64,000 bases of DNA from Rhizophagus irregularis (Eukaryota), in the NCBI RefSeq assembly GCF_026210795.1, contig NC_089431.1, positions 1,054,001 through 1,118,000 of the forward strand, in the 5' to 3' direction. Both the position numbers and the translations under genes were made by a program. Below are positions 51,951-64,000 of this stretch, piece after piece. The notes beneath the pieces were generated by a model. That model saw only the letters and a list, made by a program, of their open reading frames with translations, was not told where the DNA came from and ran no database searches. Position 1 is the stretch's first letter; each line of letters opens with the position of its first letter.

Positions 51951-53686
51951 ATTTTTTTTATTATATAATTATTATAAAAGAGTCAATTAATAATAATATG
52001 CGTAGTATCAAAAAAAAAAATAAAAAAAAGAAGAAAATTGGCGTATACAAGAAGGTAATGAGTTATAAAGGAGAAAAGAATATTAAAGGAAAAGAACGAT
52101 TAAGATTAAAGATTAAATTAAGGGATAAATGACGTAGTATAAAAAAGGTCGCGAATATGTATAATTGATAATTATACGATAATTATTAAAAAGGAGTGAA
52201 AATAGAGAAGGAATTTAAATTAGAAAAATAATTATAAAAATATGAGAATGATATCAAATATAAATAATATTAAATTATTCAGCAAGGATCTTTTTTATAA
52301 TTTTTTCTTTTAATCTTTTCGATCGACATACAAGTAAGGTATGCACATTTTCACTGATTTTCTTATAGTTGGGCGGATATTTTTTGTTCAGTAATAGTTT
52401 TATATAATTAATGAAAATATTATAGAACGTAAGTTATTTTATCCACGGGGCACTTATTCTGGAAAGTAGCATAATAAATATTCCATTGGAAAAAAGTAAT
52501 TTTGTACTGCGCAACTGCGGATACAATTGCAGTCTCTGTGTTTTTATTTAACCTTCAATTTAGGAAATAAACCGCTACATCTTGCTGCAGGTGATTTTCG
52601 CACATAAAATTTTATAAATTTGATAAAAAATTAGTGTAAATGCGAATAATCAAATTAGTAAAACTACTAATAAATTAAAATAAAGATTGAAGTTTGTATC
52701 TTTTTTTTTACTATATAATACCCGATACAATATACTGTATACCGATATTAGCTTATAATGATATTTTTTATTTTCCCGTTTCACAATTTCATATACCGAT
52801 CAATACTATAATGTTAGTCTAGTTAACAATGTATAACTTGGAATTTAAGACCAATTTTCTTGCAAAAATAAATCTTACTAAATGAGCTTGTACTGAATTT
52901 TATTTAGCATAATGCGGACCAAAATTAGATGCGTGACCAGTATTACAATCTACTAATAGTCATTATATACCGATCGATAATTTGATATACCGCATACTTT
53001 TTCCCATGTCGATATATTTGACAACATTTATATATGTAAATTTACGAGTAGAACAAGATTTTCTTAAGAAGACAGTTATCAAATATTCTGAGAAAAATAC
53101 GAAAACTATACTGAAGTGTAAAATCACCATGTTAAATAATATCGCGTTTTAAAATTATAATTCAAAACTTTAATTTTTTTTTAGAATCCAAAAAAAAAAT
53201 AATCTATATAAATACGAATTAAAATTTCTTAAATTTTTAATTATATCGAATTCTTTATTCCTTGACGTAACGTTCATGTGTGTTATTATTAGTAGTAATT
53301 TATAATATTTTGTTTATGACAGAAATCTCCAGATCCCAATAATTAATATTTTCATTTATTTAATCCTGCCGCCATTAAGGTATATAAAAACTATAAGTAA
53401 AATAAACTTTTTTATAAGGTAATCAAAATTCCCTATTATAATTTTCTATTATTAAAGTATGAAGTATAAAAAAATCATGATATTCCGCTATTTTTATATG
53501 ACAATTAACGTCTTATGACTATTCTTTACATAAATATTCATTTGCCTTAAAAATTCTATATTAATACATAAAAATTTAATTGTAAGTTAAAAAATAATTT
53601 GCACTAATAAAAAGATTCGTGACTTCGAATGACTGCGTGGCTTGTTTTGGTAAAATATGATTTTTACTTTACTATTATTATGGTTG

Positions 53687-55065
53687 TTATTCCAATAATT
53701 GTTTTTTTGTCCAAAATCTGAAATGAACACACTCAGCGCTAGTTAGTTTAAATTCGTCAACTAGGTTTTCCACCATATTTTTGTGTTCTTCTTCAGAAAT
53801 TCCCAATTCCTCATTTAAAACTTTAGTTCTCAATTCTGATTTAAGTTAAGAAAAAGTCAAATCTTGAAAAACTAAACCAACTTTACAACCATTGGACCTA
53901 AAATAAAATCTTTTTCAATTCGATGAACTTCTCCTACGTTTGGTTGTAATTCAAATTTTGAATCTAGATTATAAGCCAATTTAACATCAATATTTTGTAT
54001 TAAATATGTTGACCAAACTATAATTAGTTATATTTTATGGAAAGTGAAATTAATAACTTATAATACACATAATACATGAATTAAGATTAAATGAAAGCAA
54101 TTAATATAATTACTTGCATCCGTTAATTTACGAAAAATTGAACCATCACCAACATAATCATTACGTCTACCAGCTACTTCAATACATCCGCCTGGTTTCG
54201 TTACTCTAAAAAAAATTATACAGATCAGTGAACGTAATTTACAAAAGCAAAACACGTCTTACACATGTCGATAATAATTAAGAAATACCTAACGAGCTCA
54301 GAAAGAATAAAATCCCACTGATCTGGATAACGAATTTGATTTTACACATTTAGACAATATGAGCTTCATGAAATGATAATCTACTAGTTACATCGGCTTC
54401 GATGAATTCAAGATTATGTGGTTTTATCTATTAAATTTTATAGAAAAAGGGTCAAAAAATTTCGGTTTTTTTCTTCATAATAAATAAAATTTATAAATTT
54501 TATTACCACTTGTGGATATATTGGTTTAATATCAACTCCATAAAAATAAGAATTTTCATATTTGTTTGATAAATCCAACAACCACGTCGCAGCAATAACT
54601 ATACGTATCATAAAATTCCTTGAATATTAAATATATTCACTTGAACGATATCACTTACTCGACATCTAAAACCTTGCACTAATTTATCCTCAACTGCTGG
54701 GGAAGAAAATCACTTTGAAATATATATACTCTAAGAAAATGATATATATGTAATCTATCAATAGAATCGATACTAGTCGATAAATAATATTTCATTAACT
54801 TTTCATTTCTTTCTTGGTCTGATTCTATTTGATCAAATTCTGCCCTATAAAAAATTTTATCCGTTATTTCTAGCCTTTCACGGATCCATTCACAGAAAAT
54901 GTAAATGATTTGATAAATTCTGTGATATAAGGTTATTAATTCCGGAAATATGAGCCTTTTACGGAAAAAAGACGGAATATAAAAAACGGACCAACTTTTT
55001 TTACAGGACTGGTATTTTTTTATTGATGGCCGATTATGTTTTAAATGTGATTTGATATTACCCAT
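53687..55065 (-). pseudogene. SAM methyltransferase pseudogene, close paralog of 24023-25280
   Basis: MITE in exon 1, frameshift at SDF, damaged exons 2-3, and a TAA plus frameshift in the last exon. Confidence 0.85.
54843..55008. mobile_element. 166-bp MITE (CCCTATAAAAAA...TTTTTTACAGGA) with 3-bp TSD CTG
   Basis: CTG on both flanks; the empty site TTCTGGTATT is present in the paralog at 25221-25230. Confidence 0.9.
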
Positions 55066-56299
55066 GATTTTAGTTTAACTGTTAAATGAGATAATTTTTA
55101 TTTATTTATTAAGGGGTTTTTTTCTTCGCCAGTAATAAAGGTTTTATCTATTTATATGAATTTAATGATTCGACAGTTTAATTTGAATTATGCATTATAT
55201 AATAATTTGTCAGCGATAAAAAGCCATACGGATGTTTGTGTTACTAAACCTTTATGCTTTCGCAAAGTTAAGTAATGTGAATTTATCAACAACAGAGGAA
55301 TTTCTTGGCATGTCGCGCGCGTAAAGTAAATCTTTACGAAATCTGTGAATCTGTGATTATGTGATATTTACGATTTTCAGAAATTTATAATCTTGAAATT
55401 TAGCAACAAACATAACAAATATTAAAAAAATTGTCACGTATTTGTTTTATTATACCTTATAAAAAATTTATTCCGTGTTTTTTTTTTATTCCATGTTATT
55501 TCCGTAAATGTTTCATATTCAGGAAATTATCGATTTTTAGTTATTTTTTCCGTGAATGTATCATACTCACAGGGTTTTTACAGAATTACGGATAAAATTT
55601 TTAAGATGTAATAATCATTCATGTATAATTATTAAAAAAAAATTTTTAATCTATTTCCAAAATTTTTAATTGGTTAAATTGGGTGCCGTCCAAAATCATG
55701 AAACTCAAAATCCCGACAGGCAAAATCTCGAAACTCAAAATCCCGAAACTCAAATCCCGAAATCCAAAATCCCGACAGGTAAGAATTCCTTACATACTCA
55801 TGTACTTATTAAGAAAATATTATGCTTTTATGAAATTTTTTTTTTTTTTATCTTAATAAACAAAAAATTTTCCGATTGGCAGATTCGTATTTTTTATTCT
55901 TTTTATTGATGCTTTGACTTAATGAATTGTTTATAGGGCCATCCAAATGATCCAATGTCGTCCAATGATTAAAGGAAATCAATCGGTTGTACAGTTTTTT
56001 TCCATCTACGATTCAGTCTTTAACTGCAGATTTACATTTTTTTTTCGGATTACGTAAAATAATGTTGTAATCAATTAATTTAATTTATTTATTTATTTAT
56101 TTTTTATGATCTTAATGACGATTACCATTATTATAATTTTTCATATAAACAATTTAGGAAATTTGTATCACAGATTATTATTAAGAAATACAAATATGCA
56201 ATAAATTTTTTTACGTAAGTACTTAGTCATCTTCTTAGAACAATAATAATATTATAATATTTTCTAATAAACCCATAAATATTTTATTTACTATAATTC

Positions 56300-56554
56300 T
56301 ACCGTACCGCACTGCACATGCACATAATACCCGGGTATTATACAAAATACCGATTTAAAAATTATATAATACCCGCGGGTACTTTGTGAGATACCGGGTA
56401 TTGTATGGGGTACATAATAGTTTTAACCAGAATTAAGCTAAAATTACCAGAATTAGGGGGGGTACTAATTGAGAGCAAAAATTTTTATATCTAGTAAAAT
56501 ACCCTACGTGTGGGGTACTAACTTTGGGGATACTATAGGCGGTACGGTACGGTA
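56300..56554. mobile_element. MITE with TACCGTACCG / CGGTACGGTA ends
   Basis: Terminal inverted repeat; not seen in the paralogous segment near 26.4 kb. Confidence 0.7.
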
Positions 56555-57359
56555 ATTACAGAATTAAGCATCAAGAGGTTTTATTTTTTTTAAATGATAT
56601 GATATAATTTGATTAAATTACATTTCTGTATACAAAATTATTAAAATTATAAAAATTAACGAAACAGGGATACCAACTGATCTATCGAAGAAATTAACGT
56701 ATTATTTATCAGACGATAATAGCGATAGTTAAAAATAATTGGATTTCTTTAAATATAACAAAACATGGCCTGATACAATAATTATCAAATACTTTTAATA
56801 ATATAAGTAAAAAAAAATTGAATTTTTTATTTGGGAGCTGACCCAAAAATTATACGGAGAAAAGATATTTGCAATATGGAACGGTCTAGACTCTAGACTA
56901 TGTTAATTGATCAGCAAATAAATTGTCTTCATATATGGCATTTGACATTTGCACGACATTGCTTTATGTATACTAATTACGAAATGACGAAATGACGAAA
57001 TGTGAACAGAATTTGTGTAACCTTGACTTCACATTTAAATCACATCATACATAACAAAAGTTCATCGTTCATAAAGCATGTTCAATATATAGTATGTATA
57101 TTGACAAGAAAATCAATATTTACGTTTAAAATGAAACATAAATTTATTATGATTAAGTTAAATTGTTTGTCCCTGTTGGTGTGAATGATCCGAGTCACCA
57201 ACATCTCTATAGGTATATTACTTGGACGGGCTTCGTAAAAACAAAGATTTTTTTTTTTAGAATTTAATAAAGTGGATTAAGTTTACGAAATATTTAATTG
57301 TCGTTATTGCACTACGCATACCTATTATGCAAACGTTTATAAATATAATTTATCGCTTG

Positions 57360-57935
57360 GGGTCTGGTTCATTTCACCGACAATCATTTCACCGACAAAC
57401 GTTTCACCAACAGGGTTATTTCACCGACAAACGTTTCACCGACAATCATTTCGCCGACACCGGAGGGATATTTCGCCGAAAGGTACCATTTCACCGAAAA
57501 CCTATTTCTCCGAATTCCATTTCGCCGAAGCCATTTTACCGAATGGACATTTCGCCGAATGGACATTTCGCCGAAAAATTATTTATTCCATTTGGTTATT
57601 TTATTTGTTTTTATAATAAATACATAAAAAAATCATTTCTAGATAAATTTTGAATTAGCTGATTTTTATTAAATTTACCTCGTTGTTTATAATATACGCT
57701 AAACTTTTTTTTTACTTATTTTTCGTGAATAAATGTTTTCAAGAGAATAAAATTATTTATTTATTGCTTAACAAATATCAGTTACTTGAATGTTGAAGTA
57801 ATAATATCCTGGAAAAAAAAATCTCTATAATTAATTTAATTTTTATTTTCATTGTGCGATGAATTTTTTTTATAAAAATGTTAATCGCTACGAAATGTCC
57901 ATTAGGCGAAATGGAATTCGGTGAAATGGAATTCG
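57360..57935. mobile_element. MITE-like element with TTTC(A/G)CCGA subrepeats
   Basis: About ten TTTCRCCGA-like units at 57373-57575 and inverted units at ~57890-57935. Confidence 0.6.
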
Positions 57936-57961
57936 TAATAAAAAAAATTGAATCATTATTA

Positions 57962-59185
57962 TTACGATAATTTTTGCGTCCAAATCCTAACATAAATACT
58001 TTCAGAACAAGATTGTTTAAATTCTTCAAGTAGATCTTTTTCTATCATATTTTTGTATTCTTCTTTAGAAACTCCCATTTCTTCACTCAGAGTTTTAACT
58101 AACGGTTCTGCTTTGAAATAACCCAAGGCCAGATCTTGAGCAATCATACCAATTTTACCACCATTAGGTCCTATAACAAAATTTTCTTCAGTTCGATGAA
58201 CATTTCCTAGATTCGATTGTAACTCAAATTTTGATTTCAGATTATAAATCAAATTTGTATCTAAATTTCGTCTTGAACCACTTGCATAAACTTATAATTA
58301 TGGAAAATAAAAAATAAATAAGTATCTTGTAATACATTTAATACATGAAATTAATATTACAAGAAATGAATATAATTACTTGTATCCATAATTTTACAAA
58401 AAATCGGAGCTCTGACAACATTTTCTCTACGTCTACCAGATACTTCAATATATCCACCTGGTTTCGTTACTCTAAAAAAGAAAAAAAGAATATTATTATT
58501 TAAACATTAGCAAAAACATAATAATAATAATAATAATAACAATAATAAAAGAAATACCTAATGAGCTCAGTAAGAATGAAATCCCATTGATCTACTGTAT
58601 AAAAAAGTCTCAATAATTCTATATGTGTAAAATCAAATTCATTATCACCAAACGATAATCCATTAGATATACTCGCTTTGATAAATTCAACATTATTTGG
58701 TTTTATCTATCAATTTATATAAAAATAAAGGGTCAAATTTTTTATTTAATTTAATAAATAAAATTTCATAAATTTTCTTACTTCTTGTGGAAATATTGGT
58801 TCAATATCAATTCCTACGAAATTAGAATTGTCGTATTTGCTTGATAAATCTAATAACCATGTACCAGGGCCGCACCTTAAAAAATTTTCAAATAAATATG
58901 TGTATCATAAAAAATTTCCACTTAAAAGATGACTTACCCAATTTCTAAAACCTTATACTCTCCTTTAATTAATTTATCCTCAATCGGGGAAGAAAAATTA
59001 CTTTGAAATATATGTTGTTTAAGAAAATGAAACACATGAAATCTATCAATAGAATCGGTATCATTCGAGAAATAATATTCTAATAACTTTTCATGTCTTT
59101 CTTTTTCTGACTCTATTTGGTTAAATTCTTGTATATTTTTTATCACTAATTGTTCTTGTTTTGAATGTGAATTTTTATTACCCAT
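57962..59185 (-). CDS. Class I SAM-dependent methyltransferase (paralog)
   Basis: MGNKNS; VLEIG|CGPGTWLLDLSSKY; FGDNEFDFTH; RVTKPGGYIEV; same intron positions as paralog 1. Confidence 0.9.
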
Positions 59186-61886
59186 AGTTTTACGAATAAA
59201 ATATTGTAAAGTGAAATTATTATTCTATAAAATTTTTTTTTCGAAGTAGAACAAAGAAAAAGGGTCCTGTCAACCTTAATTAAAACATTAAATGATTTAC
59301 CATGTATGACAGTTTATAATAATGTATAACAAATAAAACGCGAGACATTCTATGGACGACTGGACGTTTGTGTGACCAAATCTTTAAGCCATTATGTTAC
59401 AATTTGTTGATCCAATGAACCTGCATATTGTTTTGCTGATTCCAAGATTTTCATCTAATATTAATCATTGTATTTAACATCATTTATTGATTTTTATAAT
59501 AAAATAATTTAAAATCAAAGTGACAAACGACAATCATACCAATTTAATTATCTGTTTAGATTCCTCCTCCCCCCGAATTTTTCAAATAATTGGAAAAAAT
59601 ACTCATGTGATCAAAAATACAGCCAATCAAAACGTTTAATATTACTTAAGTGTTTTGTAACTGTGCCTCAAAATTTACAGGAAAATTATTAGTCATCCAA
59701 TATGCAATTATTTGTAATAAGAATGTGAAAATCATTTTATTAATGGGTTAATAGAAAACCAAAAATTAATCATAAATTAAATTAGCTTTTTCTCCGTTAT
59801 AAAATAGGTTCAGTCTAAATTTAAGAACTAGCGAAAATTTTTTTTGGTAACCGGATAGCATACAGAACAGAGCAACCTGGGACATTCGGAAAATTTGTAG
59901 CCAGTCAGATATTGAAACACGTGACATTTAGACGATCCTTATTTATTATGATGAACGATCGTGTCATCTGTTAAGCTCGATTGGCCCTTAGGGGTTACAA
60001 TGGTGTCGGTGGGGCACCAACCACCTATGGTGGTTCACCAATTTGTATGGAGCCTTGAAAACATTGCAGTCGACTATTACAGTCTATGTCTATATCTAAA
60101 AAAATAAAATAAAATAAAAAAGTCATCTATTTAAGCTAAGATGAGTGATAACCCGACACAGTATTATTTCAAAGAATCTGGAATCAATAAGTAAAACAGG
60201 TTATGTATGTAAAACCATTATGTTAAAAGAAAATTTATACGATTGTTTAATATAAATTTCACTTAATATTCGATACATCTAGTTATTAAAATGATTATAT
60301 ATAGTAAAATTAAGTAAATCTTTTTCGTTGGATTTTGTATGTGGGATCTTTTATTGGCTACAAATCTGCTGGTTCCAAATCTACTAAGTGATACTTTATA
60401 ATATGCGGACATTTGGACGAACGAATAACTTGCCAGATCGTTAAGTTCTGCAAATATAGCTTGAAATGAAAGTCGTACAAAATTGACTAATTACAGTCAT
60501 TCTCAACGCATGATAACCATATGAGCGACAATTAAATAAAACACATGTGATCAATTCCTGTCAGAAGTCGGTAGATTATGCCATAATAATCTGTTTTTAG
60601 TTACTGAAAATGGAAAATTCATCAATAGAGCTTTAGTAGAACTGTAGATGATTTTATTATATCAGCTATCATGTAAAAATCTTACCTGTAATTCCTGTAA
60701 AAACTCCGTGAATATGATACATTAAACACGCAATAAACTTTTTATAGGGCTAAAAAAACGAAATAAACTTTTTAAATTTGCAAATGATGAGAGTAGGACC
60801 CTATGTAGGGGGTGCATAATTGCGTTGCCAGCATAGAGAAATTTTACGGAGTTAGGCATTGATTTGCGTACAACCTGAGGATTTTTTAGACTATTAAAAT
60901 GCTTATTTTTAACAGGTTTTTTGTTTAGGTAAGGGTTTATTTTGCGTATTTTTAGTAATTTGGCTGATCATTATATATATATATATTTCATTGAGATAAA
61001 TATAAATAACTATTAGTGCAAAAAAACTTTATTTAGTGCAAAAAAAATGTGTAATGCTTATGCATTTAATAAATACATTTATATAATTATGTGGCATATA
61101 AAGTTATTAAATTTTTTTAAAAATTTTTAAAAAAAAATTATTCTTCGATAAACGTTAAATGTTTGTTTGATCAACAAAAACAATAGGTAAATCACATGAT
61201 GATCGGTGGTTAGTAAATTAATTTGCGTATTTTTTCCAATTATCCAAAGCAAGGAAATAATTTGCGTATTTTTCCAATTATCCAAAGTAAGGAGGTAATT
61301 TTGCGTACTGAACTTAATAGAAAACCCTTGCGTACAGATATTAGTAAAAAGTTCGAAGGCCACCTTACTTTTTTATATATATTTCGGGGTCCTATAGAGT
61401 ATTTTTTATTTCAATTGCTTTATCATTTTAGAAATTTTATTGATTAACATAATTAATATTCATTTGATAGCGTAAAAATTTAAATCTTATATCGAACAAT
61501 ATATGTCAACTTGCATACGCTTACAGACCGTTTCGGCAGGACAGACATTTTCCCGACAGCCTAACGCTGGCCGCTTGATCACGTGTTCGTGCATAACTAT
61601 GCATAACATTGGCCAAACCTGTCGGGCAAATGTCCTGTCGGGAAATCATTCGACGCGTAACCTTTGCATATTATGGTACTAAATCTCTAATTACATAAAT
61701 TTTTATTTTACGAATTAATAGCGTAATAACGATGTGAAAAACAATAATGCATGAAAAGAGAGTGTATCGATTAAATATTTATAATCATAAAAGTAACTTT
61801 TTGCTGCAATTGCATGTGGTTTTGTTTAAATTATCTTGTTTGACGTAATTTATTCATAATAGAAAAAAAAAAAAATATTATTATTA

Positions 61887-63113
61887 TTATGTTAATTGTT
61901 TTTGAGCCCAAATTCTAACATAAATACTTTCAGAATAAACTTGTTCAAATTCCTCAACTAGATCTTTTTCTATCAATTTTTTGTATTCTTCTTCAGAAAC
62001 TCCCAATTCCTCAGACAGAAATTTAATTAATATCGGTTCTGATTTTAAAAAAGCTAAAGCCAGTTCTCGAGAAACCAAACCAATTTTGTCACTATTGAGT
62101 CCTACAATAATTTTTTTCTCAATTTGATGAACATTTCCTATATTCGGGTGTAACTCAAATTTTGATTCTAGACTATAAATCAAATTTATATCTACATTTC
62201 GTTTTAAACCACTTTCATTAACTATAATTATGGGAATAAAAAATTAAGTAACTTGTGATAATGAGTTAATATCAAAAGTAATAAATATAATTACTTGTAT
62301 CCATTAATTTACGAAGAATTGGAGCTCTTTCAACGTTTTCATTACGTCTATCAGCTACTTCAATATATCCACCTGGTTTCGTTACTCTAAATATTATTTA
62401 AAAATTATTAAAAGCAAAATATGTCATATATATGGATCGTATTTCTTTAAAATAATAATAATAATAATAAAAGAAATACCTAATTAGCTCAGAAAGAATG
62501 AAATCCCATTTATCTGATGTATAAATAAGTCTCATTAATTCTATATGTGTGAAATCAAATTCATTATCACCAAATAATAACCCGGCAGACACATCAGCTT
62601 TGAAAAATTCAACATTATTTGGTTTTATCTGTCAATTTATATAGAAAGATAGGTCAAAATTTTGATTTAATTTAATAAATAATAAAATTCTTCTTACTTC
62701 TTGTGGAAACATTAGTTCACTATCAACTCCAAAAAAATAAGAACTTTCATATTTGCTCGATAAATCTAATAACCATGTACCAGGACCGCACCTTAAAAAT
62801 TTAAAATTATTATTCAAATAAATATATGTATCATAAAAAAATTGTTCATTTGAGTGATATCTTACCCAACATCTAAAACTTTATACCCTCCTCTAATTAA
62901 ATTTTCCTCAACTGGGGAAGAAAAATTACTTTGAAATATATATTGTCTAAGAAAATGAAAAACATGAAACCTATCAATAGAATCGGTACTAGTCGAGAAA
63001 TAATATCCCAAAAACTTTTCATGTCTTTCTTGATCTGATTCTATTTGGTTAAATTCTTGTATATTTTTGATTAATGATCGTTCATGTTTTGAACGTGAAT
63101 TTTTATTACCCAT
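61887..63113 (-). CDS. Class I SAM-dependent methyltransferase (paralog)
   Basis: MGNKNS; VLDVG|CGPGTWLLDLSSKY; FGDNEFDFTH; RVTKPGGYIEV; same exon structure. Confidence 0.88.
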
Positions 63114-64000
63114 TATTTAAAAAAAATAAAATACTTTAAGGTGAAATTATCCTATAAAAATTTTTTATATTAATTATCCGTCAAGAACAAAAAAAAGGGG
63201 TACAATTTAAGGAAATATTAAATGATCTACCATGTATGACGATTTAAAAATAATGTACAACAAATAAACGCGAAACTTCAATGGACGAATAGACGATTGT
63301 GTTACAAATCTTCAAACTATTAAGTTACCATAATGCTCATTATACTCTCTAAAAAACAATTTGTTGATCTCAATTAATCTGCATATTATTTTGCCGATTT
63401 GGGTAACAGTTTTAAAAAAAATAACTTGTAAATCAGTCAAGATTTTCATCTTTCTTCCGAGATTAACGAGATTTTTCTTAGATTGCTTCTAAAGGAAGAA
63501 ATACTCTTCCGAAAATCTTATCAATTTAAGTTTTCATTGTTATTAGTATATCAATTGTTGATTTCATATAAAATAAAAATGATAAATGACAACTATATTA
63601 AACTAAATTAATTTAATTCTTTTTTTTATTTTTTTAATAATATCTATACTTAATAAAGAACTAAAAATGGCTATAGATAATCTGTCTTTGATTGAACACA
63701 CAAACTATCTGTATACCTTAATCATTAATGCTGGCCGGTATTAAAATCACGTGACACCGCATTTGAGTTTTTTTTTAACCCGCAAAAATGTGAATAAGGA
63801 TTATCCGACGGCTTAATCCGGATTTATCCGTGACGGATGTCCCAGAAATATATAATAAGGGTCAGGTGGTCTTTGAACTTCTTACTAATAGCTGTACGCA
63901 GGGGAGTTTCCATAAAAATATACAAATAAAATTTCAGACCTTAAATTTTTTATTTATATATTTATTATATGTTTGTACTTCCATAATTTATTAAATCTAC

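Noticed and set aside
57327..57653. 108-aa repetitive ORF
   Set aside because: Translation of TTTCRCCGA MITE subrepeats.

Overview
Very AT-rich, intron-dense eukaryotic DNA. The gene content (TKL-type kinases with an HxD(L/F)HxGN catalytic loop, a Kelch fragment, tandem SAM methyltransferases, many MITEs) resembles an arbuscular mycorrhizal fungus such as Rhizophagus; this is an inference. The window holds two minus-strand kinase genes, five paralogous methyltransferase loci (3 apparently intact, 2 pseudogenes), LINE and hAT remnants, several MITE families and a nested TIR element. The main finding is the ~7.3 kb AT-rich 'satellite' at 38.2-45.5 kb. On the minus strand it reads as 64 consecutive 3-nt candidate microexons plus one 1-nt exon, each flanked by AG/GT. 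Together they join a short acidic N-terminus (ATG at 45837) in frame to the kinase domain at 38193-36998 with no stop codon. A second oddity is an array of 11 related introns (7.6-9.1 kb) with covarying hairpins over the donor site and branch point. All exon calls are read by eye from genomic sequence with no transcript evidence.
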